From a virus: a stretch of DNA of 64,000 bases. The notes below the pieces were generated by a model that saw only the letters and a list, made by a program, of their open reading frames with translations, made no database searches and was not told the origin of the DNA. Shown here piece after piece: positions 35,001 to 43,414 of this stretch (position 1 is its first letter; every line of letters begins with the position of its first letter). The position numbers and the translations under genes were made by a program. Location of the stretch: the IMG/VR virus record IMGVR_UViG_3300043411_002794, positions 128,195 to 192,194 of that record. One strand, 5' to 3'.

Positions 35001-37656
35001 CGTTCCAGTTATCGTTGAGGTGTTGCCGCGGGGCGTCGAACAGCGTCGAAAAAATCTGCAGCGAGGCGGCCAGCGTCACCAGTCCGTCGCGAAGTCGGCG
35101 GGACGTGCTAACGGCCTGGACTTGAATCGCCCCGCCGGCGTCTGCCCAAAGGCACCCGTCTCCGGCGAAATAGCCGCTCAGCAGGCAACTCCGCGCGTCA
35201 CTTTGCCACGTGAGCACCTCCGGCGAAATAAACTTACCGCCGGAGGTGCAGCCGAAATTCGTCAGGAGCCATGCGCGTAGTTCGTGCGACGTAAAGCAAA
35301 CCTCACCGCCGACGCGATAAGGCGACGTCCCGAGCCGCTGCAGTAATTCCAGGATCTGTGCTGCGCGAATATCGGGCTCAACCGCAATTTTTACGAGCCC
35401 TGCCTGCTCTGGCAGGTGTCCTTCGGCAAGATATAGGCCCGCAAGCGAGGCGAGATCAGTAGATACTTGTGCGTCGCCGTCGCACGGCACCATGGCGACT
35501 GGCAGCCGCGTGCGATTGATTACCACGTCAGCAGGAAAGATTGGCGACAGGTTCCCGGCTGCATCCAGCGTCACCAAACTATGATCGATCGTAATGTCGA
35601 CTGCACGGCCGGACGCAGTCCGAACACGAACGAGCCGCTTATCGTTGTCGTGCCGAATAAATCCGGTAATTCGGCACCACTTTGATTTTTTCGTAAGCGG
35701 GTCGACAGAAAGTACGTCGTCGCCGGCGTGCGCGACATACTCAGAAATTGGACCTTCCCAGTACCCACCGTTACGCCGAATCAGTACGCGAGTACGCCCG
35801 GTAACGCTTTTACGGTTGTACGGCATGTTGTCATAGAGATCGACTCGCTTCTTGCTGCCGTCGGCATGCTTGAGCACGATGCCGTTACGATCGACACTGA
35901 CGACGCTGGCCGGTTGATCGGCGTGCACGGCGCCCATGTGCTTGGCATATTCTTCTTCGAAGCTGCGTTCGGCGTTCTCGGGCATCGCACTCTGTACGAG
36001 CGGAGCTTCGCCATCCTGCAACGGCAACGCTTGGGTCACCATTCGCGCGGCCATCACCGCCCGCTGGCCCTTGACCATCGACTTGAGCGGAATGAGGTTC
36101 GCCAACGGCGAGAACGTGTCTTCGATCGCCGGCAGCACGTAGTCGACCTTGTCGGCTCGTTCGTACCGCATTTTGCCGCCGGCGAGCACGTTGACGAACG
36201 TGTTGCCGCCGTACTGCACTGGACCCGTTTTCCGTCCGTCGCCGCCCCAGAACTTTTTGGCGGGCGGCTCCGGTCCGTTTGGGTTCACCGGTGCTTGCGG
36301 CACGGGCTCGAAAGCAATGACGGAATCGGCCAGATCCCGGGCAGACTTGTATTCTGTCTGCCCAGATTTCGCGTTCTGCAGCGGGAAGTACAGAAAGCCG
36401 TCGTCGCCTTTGACGGCTTTGCGGGCCAGCCGCATGTCGACGCCCACTTTTCCGGATTCCGGAGTCCGCAAAAAGTCAACGAAGCCCAGGTGCGTCGGCT
36501 GCACGGCCCGCGATTCCTCGGGCACGGCGTCGAGGCTGCTGATACCGCCTTCGCCCATACGGGTCAGGCGGCTTTGCTGGTCGAAGATTTCGGCCGGATT
36601 GATTTCTTCAATCGGAGCGCCGAGGCCACTACCGATGATCGCGGACTGAATCGCACGATCGAAGAAGCCGGGTTGCACGCCGTCAAGATTCTGGCGGGCC
36701 GATACCTTCCAGAGCAGCTTGCGCAACTCGCCGCCGCTCTTTTCCAGCCGCTCCGCCAGCAGGTTCTCCGGCCCGAGCACATGCTGATAGGCCATGTGGT
36801 CGCGGTCGTCGGGCTCCGCTTCGCCGCGATTGATATCCAGCAGCTTCTTGGTGGTCGCCAGTATCGTCGGCAGGTCCAGCTTGGTCGACTTGTGCTTCAG
36901 CGTGCGATTGGTGACGAAGTCGTCGAGCTCCATACCGCCGAATGATTCAGCAACGGCCTTTGCCATTACCTCCGGGTCCGCTCCTTCGACCCGGTTGCGG
37001 GCGACGCGGTCGTACAACTTGCGGATCACCGTGTTGTCGGCCTTGGCGGCGTTGATGCCGGCCAGGTCGTTGCCCCAGGTGTCGCGGAGCTGCTGATCGG
37101 TGGCGCCCATTGCCCGCAGCAACGGATAGAGCGGCATGTTGGCCTGCGCCATGTTCAGTTTGAACACGCCCGACTCCGGATCCATGAAGATCCGGTGCCC
37201 GCGGCCCTTGCCTGGCAGCACGTTGACGTGTGCTTCCAGCTCGCCGTTCTGCTTCTTACGGGCGAAAATCCCCGGTGCGAGCCGGAGCTGGTGGGCCAAC
37301 GTATATCCCACGCCGCGGTTAATAAACAAACCGTCGTCGATCAGGTACGGGACATTTGCCAGCGTCGCCCGTCGCTCCGCAATCGATTTCCCGGTCGCGT
37401 TGTCGCTCAGTTGCCAGGTACCGCGTAAACGTCGTGTTAGCGACGTACCGCTCAACACGGCCCGCTTCACGTCCTGCTTGCTGTACTCTTCCGGGCCCTC
37501 GTAGGCGACGTCGGCGAGCTGCAGCGTATGTCGCTGGTTCTGGACCGGCTTCAGTGCCGTGGCTGCCTTGAAGACGTTGTCGAAGATCAGCTTGCGCGTC
37601 GTGGGCGCATCGCCGAAGTTTCGGAACGACGGGGCGACTGGCAGTAATTCGGACAT
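32005..37656 (-). CDS. rpoBC: Fused RNA polymerase beta + beta' N-terminal half, with intein
   Basis: Beta motifs RTPESGKVG, GANFED, GDKLSGRYGDKGVIS, NPLGVISR, MKLHH; beta' motifs VPVLPPRFRP, RAPVLHR and catalytic NADFDGD (32272..32292). Confidence 0.96.
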   Translation of the reverse strand: MSELLPVAPSFRNFGDAPTTRKLIFDNVFKAATALKPVQNQRHTLQLADVAYEGPEEYSKQDVKRAVLSGTSLTRRLRGTWQLSDNATGKSIAERRATLANVPYLIDDGLFINRGVGYTLAHQLRLAPGIFARKKQNGELEAHVNVLPGKGRGHRIFMDPESGVFKLNMAQANMPLYPLLRAMGATDQQLRDTWGNDLAGINAAKADNTVIRKLYDRVARNRVEGADPEVMAKAVAESFGGMELDDFVTNRTLKHKSTKLDLPTILATTKKLLDINRGEAEPDDRDHMAYQHVLGPENLLAERLEKSGGELRKLLWKVSARQNLDGVQPGFFDRAIQSAIIGSGLGAPIEEINPAEIFDQQSRLTRMGEGGISSLDAVPEESRAVQPTHLGFVDFLRTPESGKVGVDMRLARKAVKGDDGFLYFPLQNAKSGQTEYKSARDLADSVIAFEPVPQAPVNPNGPEPPAKKFWGGDGRKTGPVQYGGNTFVNVLAGGKMRYERADKVDYVLPAIEDTFSPLANLIPLKSMVKGQRAVMAARMVTQALPLQDGEAPLVQSAMPENAERSFEEEYAKHMGAVHADQPASVVSVDRNGIVLKHADGSKKRVDLYDNMPYNRKSVTGRTRVLIRRNGGYWEGPISEYVAHAGDDVLSVDPLTKKSKWCRITGFIRHDNDKRLVRVRTASGRAVDITIDHSLVTLDAAGNLSPIFPADVVINRTRLPVAMVPCDGDAQVSTDLASLAGLYLAEGHLPEQAGLVKIAVEPDIRAAQILELLQRLGTSPYRVGGEVCFTSHELRAWLLTNFGCTSGGKFISPEVLTWQSDARSCLLSGYFAGDGCLWADAGGAIQVQAVSTSRRLRDGLVTLAASLQIFSTLFDAPRQHLNDNWNDAYGFRIISSHLSRLSRWFFYDDREQLFRELLRRAYRASPYDMVPIVSKLARKSLYAELPQSSNYVYKTAGKGAVAKHRLVAGTGNFGKWGASDVMWDTVVAVEAIPHEAHVYDFCVAESEVFGVDHGLIVHNTLITQTAVVKPGDVVQPGQLLARSNFTDGQGVTALGKNLRVAYLPFRGANFEDANVISESAAKRLSSEHAYQHVAEWGPDVRRGKNAFLSNFPGRFHRAVLDQFTDDGVVKPGTEIRYGDPLVLSITERERTHGAIHRGRRPEVIDSSITWDHHAPGTVTDVVNTDKGATVVVKATVPSEVGDKLSGRYGDKGVISMIVPDDEMPTDAQGKPYEILTNPLGVISRVNAAQMIEAALGKVAAVTGKPYKVPFRTATDAVEFAMSELRKHNLSDLDSVIDPETGKKIPNVFAGNRWFMKLHHTSEAKAQGRGIGGYTSEGAPAKGGESGAKRIGMLNLGALLSHGAGKVIREAKMIRGQANPEFWSQFMSGYQPTTPRIPKTYEKFIGMLQGAGIHPVKDGTRTQLMAMSPAKVDELTGGREIQNTETVDWKNGLKPKRGGLFDEAITGGHEGTRWSAIRLHEPMPNPVMEEPIRRVLGLTENKMRDVLAGRESLHGVSGPQGIVKALSNIDLDREIEQTRLSLKSARKTQRDEAIRKFGFLTAAARTGVHPKDWIMGKVPVLPPRFRPVTTMGQKKLPLVADANYLYKELFDANDVLKQMSDKVDDVGDERLATYDAMKAVSGLGEPQHPKNQERGVKGLLKQIFGSSPKFGMIQRKLLSTTTDLVGRATITPNPDLDMDSVGLPEEKAWDLYTPYTVRHLVRRGMPRLQAAQLVKNKHPVAREALVSEMGQRPVMIDRAPVLHRYGVMAFWPKIMKGHTMQISPLVVGGFNADFDGDAMQFHLPADDEAAKEMAEKMLPSKNLFSVAKFRTHYLPSQEYVGGMYHLTSRIDTHNRPTVFETPADALRAYERGEIDGSRRIKIMRP
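34603..35808 (-). mobile_element. Intein (402 aa) with LAGLIDADG endonuclease, in RNAP beta
   Basis: Starts SVTGRTRV (Ser1); ends IVHN followed by +1 Thr; LAGLYLAEG and LSGYFAGDG motifs; flanks rejoin as YNRK-TLITQ. Confidence 0.9.
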
Positions 37657-37664
37657 AGTCGCTC

Positions 37665-38543
37665 CTACGCGGCCATTGCAGGCTCTTCCGGCATCGTCGG
37701 CGCCACCGGCATGGCGGCGACGGTCTGCGGTGCCCGTTGCCAGATCAGGCGGGATCGCTCGCGGAGGGCTTTGTCGAGCAGGTGAGCCTTGCTGCGATTT
37801 TTCGTCCAGTTGTACATACCGTACGCACTCCCGCCGCTGAGCAGGCCCAGCGCAGTGAGGTACATGCCGAACGGCACGGAGGCCGCGTCGGCGACGTTGG
37901 CTTCCTTGGTCTGCGTTTCGGCCGTCTTTTCCAGCATATCGAACAACTGGTCGAGCCGATCGCCAAGCGATTCGTCGGCGGCCGCCTTAATAGAGGGGCG
38001 CGCGGCCTGGGCCTGGGCCATCAAAGCGGCCTGAAACTCGTCCTTGGCCTGCTGCAGCTGGGAGTCGACATGGGACCGGCGACGCTTCTTGAGCATCCAG
38101 TCGGCCAGCGACCAACCGCCGACGGTGCCCGTAGCGGCGGCGCCCAGTGAGAGCGGCATCATGGCCGGAGCGTACTGCGGATCCGAGACGTTGCGACCGA
38201 CCCAGCCGGTCATGCCGGTAACGTCGAGCGGGAAGTTCTCGGCAAACGTGCGGAAGCCGTTGGCGAGTTGCTGATCGCTGAAGATCGCTTCCTTGGCCAG
38301 CTCGGCAGCAAACTTGGCGAGCCCCGGCGGCTTTCCGTCAGCATCGTTGGCCACCACCGGAATCGGTAGCGTCGACGGTCCCGGCGATACGAACGGCACG
38401 TCAGGAATGCCTTCGGGCTGCATCATGTGCAACAGGCCGCGGCCGAACATCCCGACACCGGCGCCGCCGGCCATCAGCCGAAACAGCGTCTTCACGGCGG
38501 CCGCGCGCTGCACGTCGCGAGGACTCATCTCAGAAATTGGCAT
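37665..38543 (-). CDS. Glycine-zipper virion-internal protein (putative)
   Basis: Start MPISEM with GGGAG RBS; three hydrophobic Gly-rich helices separated by KFAA, KAAA, KTAE, KEAN. Confidence 0.7.
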   Translation of the reverse strand: MPISEMSPRDVQRAAAVKTLFRLMAGGAGVGMFGRGLLHMMQPEGIPDVPFVSPGPSTLPIPVVANDADGKPPGLAKFAAELAKEAIFSDQQLANGFRTFAENFPLDVTGMTGWVGRNVSDPQYAPAMMPLSLGAAATGTVGGWSLADWMLKKRRRSHVDSQLQQAKDEFQAALMAQAQAARPSIKAAADESLGDRLDQLFDMLEKTAETQTKEANVADAASVPFGMYLTALGLLSGGSAYGMYNWTKNRSKAHLLDKALRERSRLIWQRAPQTVAAMPVAPTMPEEPAMAA

Positions 38544-38892
38544 CGGACGGACTCCCTTCCGCGTAAATTTCGCCCCATTCCAAGAACGTCTTGATCGAGC
38601 CGTCCGGCTGATCAATATCCTTTTGCCGGTACTCGACGTACAGGCCGTTCTTGATCTTGTCCTTAATGCGGCAGTACTCTTCCAACTCTTGCGGCTGTGC
38701 CAGATTGAACCATTTCGCGTGAAAGTTCAACTGATATCGGATGTCGTCGATTTCCGAACCACGAAGATTCGGAATCACTTTTCCGGCGTAGGGAATTCCG
38801 TCAGGAGTCCCTGGCCAGACTAGCGGAGTACCGTCACTTAATTTGCTTTCGTGATAGTACTTACGACGACTTATTCGGTCGAAAAGGCTCAA
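38530..38892 (-). CDS. Hypothetical protein (120 aa)
   Basis: Clean ORF coupled on both sides. Confidence 0.7.
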   Translation of the reverse strand: MSLFDRISRRKYYHESKLSDGTPLVWPGTPDGIPYAGKVIPNLRGSEIDDIRYQLNFHAKWFNLAQPQELEEYCRIKDKIKNGLYVEYRQKDIDQPDGSIKTFLEWGEIYAEGSPSDANF

Positions 38893-39293
38893 TGAGCACC
38901 CATCAATTGCGGTGATCGTACCGATGGAGCGGCGGTACGCAACAGCAACCGCTGCGCAGAGCGGTTAGCTTGTGCTGCGTGCTGCCGCAAAGCGGCGATC
39001 AGCTCCATCTTCTTGTACTCCTCGGCATCAACGTCCGGCTCGGTCATACGGGCGGCCAGATATCCGGTTCCAGCGCCCGCACCGACACCCGCCGCCAGGC
39101 CCCAGCCGCCGAGATGCTGCAGGCCGGTCAACAGGTCCTTACCTTTGCCCCAGATCCCGATTCCGTCGGCAGCGATCTTTTCGATCGCCTCGTCGACGAA
39201 CGCACGAGTACCGGCAGCGTCGAGCCCCAGCTCCGCACATTTCAACAGGAAACCGAACTTGAACGCCTCGCGGCGCGACATGGTCTCGGGCAT
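38889..39293 (-). CDS. Glycine-zipper protein with GFLxxCxxxGL module
   Basis: FKFGFLLKCAELGL...EKIAAD followed by GWGLAAGVGAGAGTGYLAA. Confidence 0.7.
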   Translation of the reverse strand: MPETMSRREAFKFGFLLKCAELGLDAAGTRAFVDEAIEKIAADGIGIWGKGKDLLTGLQHLGGWGLAAGVGAGAGTGYLAARMTEPDVDAEEYKKMELIAALRQHAAQANRSAQRLLLRTAAPSVRSPQLMGAH

Positions 39294-39304
39294 AGCGTCC
39301 TCGC

Positions 39305-39898
39305 TTAGTACAGTGCGTTCGGCAGAATCAACTTTGGTCGTGCCTTCCGCGATTGAATAACGCGATCGGGTCGAATCGTGTCGGCGTTCATGCGGCCTCG
39401 CGGCAAGCCGACGCCACGAGACATCTGAGCCATCGCCGCCTGGGCGCTGCCGGCTACAACACCCGCCGGAGCACCGACCGCGAAGTTGGCGGCACCGTTC
39501 ATCGAGACCACGCTCCGCTTCCAGGGCGCATGGCGGGTAAACCAGGCGGCCACTACCGGATCGGTCTGGTCGCCCTGGTCCTTGGCTTCCTGCAGACAGG
39601 CGGCGAGCTTGTGCAGGTAATCTTTGATCTCGGCGATTCGCTCGCCTTCCGAGAGACCGTCGGCGGCCTTATGCGACGTGACTTCCGCACGAAGGGCCGC
39701 GTATACGGCCAGCAGATCTCGCCGGGTCTTCACATAGAATTCCCCGGTAACTTCATCGTGCACGCAGATTCCGCCGTTCATGGCGTAAAACTGCAGATCC
39801 TTCCAACGGTAGTTCTTTCCTGCAACGAATGCGAGTTTGACGGCCACTGCGGCGTCCTCCTGACTAGACCGGCCCCTTCCCTTGGTGCGGCCGATCAT
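39305..39898 (-). CDS. Hypothetical protein (197 aa)
   Basis: Clean ORF within the operon. Confidence 0.65.
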   Translation of the reverse strand: MIGRTKGRGRSSQEDAAVAVKLAFVAGKNYRWKDLQFYAMNGGICVHDEVTGEFYVKTRRDLLAVYAALRAEVTSHKAADGLSEGERIAEIKDYLHKLAACLQEAKDQGDQTDPVVAAWFTRHAPWKRSVVSMNGAANFAVGAPAGVVAGSAQAAMAQMSRGVGLPRGRMNADTIRPDRVIQSRKARPKLILPNALY

Positions 39899-39927
39899 AC
39901 AGCAGCAGCGGAAATCGTTCCAGCGAA

Positions 39928-40548
39928 CTACCGCCCGAGGAAACGACTGAATAGCCGCCCGCTGCTCGTCGGGCAGTTTCCGCCTGGGCAGTTGCTTCGC
40001 GACGCCGTTGGCTGCGGGGCGGACTTATCGACGGGCTTAGCCGCTGGTTGCGGTCGCACAACGTACTCCCACTTGGTCCGCCCTTCGTGATGGTCGGAGT
40101 GCAGAGATTGCACTTCCTCATGCGTCAGGCTGGCCAGCCAAGCTGAATCGAACAGCCCGGCGTGCTGCCCGACGGTGAGATGCCGCCAGCTGCCACAACC
40201 GCTCCACCAACGACTACGGATCGGATAATGCACCCGCTCTTCCGGCTGCGGTGTGACTTCCGGGACGTCCGGCGTAATGACCGCCGGAGCATCGCCCGGC
40301 TTTTTCTTCTTGCCGGTGCCGTCGCACTCCGGACAAGTCACGAAAACGGTGCCGTCGCCGAGCTTACCCTTACCGTTGCACTCCGGACAGGTGTCGGAAG
40401 TCGGCGACGGGGTTGGAGTCGGGATGACCGGCGCCGGTGTGGCCGCCCGCAGGGCGAGGATCCCGTAGGCCAGATCGAGGAACTCGCCGGCAGCCGACTG
40501 TCCGACGAGCCCCGTAAAGATCACGAGACTTAACAGAATCCGTTTCAT
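39928..40548 (-). CDS. Secreted protein with DnaJ-like CxxCxGxG zinc finger and His-rich domain
   Basis: Signal peptide; CPECNGKG...CPECDGTG; LHSDHHEG; C-terminal CPGGNCP. Confidence 0.7.
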   Translation of the reverse strand: MKRILLSLVIFTGLVGQSAAGEFLDLAYGILALRAATPAPVIPTPTPSPTSDTCPECNGKGKLGDGTVFVTCPECDGTGKKKKPGDAPAVITPDVPEVTPQPEERVHYPIRSRWWSGCGSWRHLTVGQHAGLFDSAWLASLTHEEVQSLHSDHHEGRTKWEYVVRPQPAAKPVDKSAPQPTASRSNCPGGNCPTSSGRLFSRFLGR

Positions 40549-40566
40549 AGTCCCGTCCTTGAGCTA

Positions 40567-41655
40567 TTAGCCGACGATTAAATCCAACGGCGGCAGTTGC
40601 TTCGTCGGCCAGCCGTTGGTGCCGCTAAGCGCCAACATGCTGCGATTCCGCACTGCCGACCACGGCGTCCAGAACGCGCCTTCCGGAATGTCGATGTCCG
40701 TACCGAGAATCCGGCGGCCGCCCTTGTTCCACTTGCCCCAGCTGTTGAGGATGAGAACAAGCGGTTCTTTGTACTTTTGCTTGATGATGTCACGATCGTC
40801 GACGCCGATGAGGGCCATGGCGTGCGACCAACTGCCTTTGCGGTAGCTGACGCCGTTTTCGTCGCGGGTGTTCGACCAACCCTCGCCGCCGCAGGTGCTG
40901 ATGCCGTAGCCGTTGGCGAGATAGTCTCGCACGTCGGCGAACGTGCGCACGCGCGTGGCTTGCCGCACCAGATGCTTGCGGCCGACGGACGTAATCGACT
41001 CCGGCGGAGCAGAGCGGCCGTACTTGTGCGCCAACGATCCGCTGTAGCGGGTCAAGTCGATGCCGAGTTCCGGGTACGCGTTACGGAGCCACAAAGCGGA
41101 CCGCGTAATAGCGACGTTTGCAGCAGCCTCGCAACTCCAGCCGTCGCCGGAGTAGCCGCGATACCAGTAGATGGCCTCGCTCGACAACGCCCCCTGCAAA
41201 ATGCCGGTCGGGTCGATCACCGGTACGCCTTCAACCTGCCCGGTTTCTTCATCCGGCTTGCCGGACACGATATCGCACGACATTGTGGTCAGGGCGGCGT
41301 TCTTCGTGTCGTGCGACACGCAGTCGCCGACTTGTTGGGCCGCTCCCGGCCAGCAACCAGGGAACAGCCGCATGACGAACACGAACGGAGCGACAAGCCG
41401 CCCTTCTCCGCTGCCCGACAGTCCGTTCGCCTTGGCGACGCTCTCGCCGTCCAGGTTACCACCGCTGCCGACGATCATGTTCTCGAAGTCGGCGATCGCG
41501 ACCGGATCGTGCCAGACGCCCGCGTTACCGTCGGCGTACATCTGAGCAATCTCATCGGGCGATTGCGCGACGCGATCACCCGACCAAAATTGAAACTGCC
41601 GCTCACCGGCAACATTGATAAGCTGCGCGCTGTCCGGACGGAGTAACGTCGTCAT
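40567..41655 (-). CDS. Papain-like (C1-type) cysteine peptidase
   Basis: Catalytic motifs in papain order: QQVGDCVSH (Cys), WSHAM (His), ILNSWG (Asn). Confidence 0.8.
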   Translation of the reverse strand: MTTLLRPDSAQLINVAGERQFQFWSGDRVAQSPDEIAQMYADGNAGVWHDPVAIADFENMIVGSGGNLDGESVAKANGLSGSGEGRLVAPFVFVMRLFPGCWPGAAQQVGDCVSHDTKNAALTTMSCDIVSGKPDEETGQVEGVPVIDPTGILQGALSSEAIYWYRGYSGDGWSCEAAANVAITRSALWLRNAYPELGIDLTRYSGSLAHKYGRSAPPESITSVGRKHLVRQATRVRTFADVRDYLANGYGISTCGGEGWSNTRDENGVSYRKGSWSHAMALIGVDDRDIIKQKYKEPLVLILNSWGKWNKGGRRILGTDIDIPEGAFWTPWSAVRNRSMLALSGTNGWPTKQLPPLDLIVG

Positions 41656-41671
41656 AGCAAACCTTCCCTGG

Positions 41672-41689
41672 TTCGGTAATTAGAAACCC
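41672..41689. promoter_or_regulatory. TTCGGTAATTAGAAACCC motif (copy 3)
   Basis: Intergenic, 16 nt upstream of the peptidase ATG; exact inverse of 25568..25585. Confidence 0.55.
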
Positions 41690-41697
41690 GCGAACAA

Positions 41698-42639
41698 CTA
41701 GCGGGCACAAGCCCAGGCGACGGCCTGGACATACTCAACGGCCTTCACGGGATCGAGTTTACCGTCTTGCTTGCCGAGATAGCCCTGCAATGCCTGTGTG
41801 GCGGCCGTGCTAAACCCAGGGAAAGCGCCGGCCAGCTCCGCCTTAATGGCGACAGCGTTCAGGAACGTCGCAAGCGTGCCCTGAAACTCGAGGACCGTGG
41901 TTGGCGGCATCACCCGCAAAGCCACGGCCAGGTCGCTCCACGCCGACGAAAACCGATTAGCTTTCACAGGATCAGCGGTAGCCATCAATTGCTTCAACGG
42001 GGCGACCAGTGTTTGCAGCTCCGCCGACGGCGCCGGAATAGCGGGCGTAACAGGAGTTACCGGCGTAACGGGAGTTACTGGTGTCACCGGAGTCACCGGC
42101 GTAACAGGAGTCACCGGCGTAACAGGCGTTACCGGTGTCGGCGAGTACGGCAAAATCGAAAAGCTGTACTTCCAAAGCAGCGACTTCCCTTCACGAAGCC
42201 CGCCGGCGAGTACGACGTATTCACCCGCCGTGTCGGTACTGACCTGCAGCGTGCGATTACTGTCGGTGTACGCTTCCGTCAGTTTCGGCGGCACGATCGC
42301 CCACTGCGGTTCAGTGACGTTATCGGGCAACTTGAACGTACAAAGAGCGCCGAACTTCACGGGACCGGCGGGCCCGGCAATGTCGCCGGTATTGGTGACA
42401 GCCGTCGCTGTGCCCGTTGCCGTCGGCGTCGGGATCGCGAGTACCGGTTTGCCCTGCTGATCGACCACAACAACGGTCGTCGGCTTGGCGGGTACGTCGA
42501 ACAGCTCTTTGCGGCCGGCGAATACAAGACCGACGCTCAACAAAACAGCAGCGAGCGGAAGCCATTGGCCCAGCGGGCCTTTGGTAGGTGCGGGAAGCGG
42601 CATGGGTACATTCCTTGCGAGTGACGAAACCTGCGGCAC
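41698..42639 (-). CDS. Membrane-anchored protein with Ig-like domain, (TPV)10 linker and helical C-domain
   Basis: N-terminal hydrophobic helix [17 protein letters not shown]; Thr-Pro-Val repeat. Confidence 0.75.
   Translation of the reverse strand: MPQVSSLARNVPMPLPAPTKGPLGQWLPLAAVLLSVGLVFAGRKELFDVPAKPTTVVVVDQQGKPVLAIPTPTATGTATAVTNTGDIAGPAGPVKFGALCTFKLPDNVTEPQWAIVPPKLTEAYTDSNRTLQVSTDTAGEYVVLAGGLREGKSLLWKYSFSILPYSPTPVTPVTPVTPVTPVTPVTPVTPVTPVTPVTPAIPAPSAELQTLVAPLKQLMATADPVKANRFSSAWSDLAVALRVMPPTTVLEFQGTLATFLNAVAIKAELAGAFPGFSTAATQALQGYLGKQDGKLDPVKAVEYVQAVAWACAR
42044..42139 (-). repeat. 9-bp degenerate tandem repeat encoding (TPV)10-TP
   Basis: Ten 9-bp units plus a partial unit, with synonymous variation. 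Confidence 0.95.
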
Positions 42640-42645
42640 TGTGCC

Positions 42646-42999
42646 TCAGGCGTTGGTGAGTTGCTGCAGAAAGAGATCAGCTTCTTCAGGCGTCGCGTTC
42701 TGGCCGACGTCGACAAGAGCTTGCACGATCTCGGGGCCGAGTTTCTTGAACTGGGTCCGGCCGAGTTCTTTGATGATCTTACGACGCACGACCAACTGCT
42801 GGCCGAGCATCGGGCGACGCAGCGACGCAGCGATCACCGGGCGGTCGGTTTTCTTCTTGAGGCACTCTTGGACGACTTCCAGCACGGCCGAGAGTAACGC
42901 CAACCACGTGGTCGGGTCGAGCTTCACCGCGGCCCCGTTTTCGCCGGGCAACTGAGCCTCGACGCGGGTCCGGACTTCACTCAACATGTCGGTGGCCAT
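42646..42999 (-). CDS. Hypothetical protein (117 aa) in the putative lysis cassette
   Basis: Amphipathic WLALLSAVLEVVQECL segment; AAAGGA RBS. Confidence 0.7.
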   Translation of the reverse strand: MATDMLSEVRTRVEAQLPGENGAAVKLDPTTWLALLSAVLEVVQECLKKKTDRPVIAASLRRPMLGQQLVVRRKIIKELGRTQFKKLGPEIVQALVDVGQNATPEEADLFLQQLTNA

Positions 43000-43005
43000 A
43001 ACGAA

Positions 43006-43335
43006 CTATCCTTTAGACTTTGTCTCCGCAATGGTGGCGGACTGCATCAGCACCAGCTGACGCTGTAGTTCGGTTGCCGCCACGGCCTGCTTGAGACTGG
43101 TACGAGACGAAATGTAATGCCACAAAATCCAGGTGTTGGTTAGCAACACCGGAATCGTCGTGTAGAGGTCGCTGAAAGCGGCATTGAGCTGCTTCGCTTG
43201 TTCTGGCGTCAGGCGGCCGACGATGGTCAGCACGACGATGACATTACCGACGAGGCCTGCCAGCGTCGTCCAGAACTCGGTGGTGAGATAGCCCGGCTTG
43301 ATCTCGGGCGTCGGTACGTCGTCCGTGGCGGCCAT
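43006..43335 (-). CDS. Holin-like two-TM protein
   Basis: KPGYLTTEFW motif followed by two hydrophobic helices; start moved to MAATDD. Confidence 0.55.
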   Translation of the reverse strand: MAATDDVPTPEIKPGYLTTEFWTTLAGLVGNVIVVLTIVGRLTPEQAKQLNAAFSDLYTTIPVLLTNTWILWHYISSRTSLKQAVAATELQRQLVLMQSATIAETKSKG

Positions 43336-43414
43336 ATGTTTGCTTCCTTGCAAATAGGCAAAAGTGAATGCCAACTAACGTAACGCGCAGGCAGGGCGAC
43401 AGGCAACTAGAATC

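Noticed and set aside
29083-37656. Host bacterial rpoBC operon or cellular contig
   Set aside because: No ribosomal protein neighbours; highly divergent, zinc-less and embedded among capsid and tail genes.
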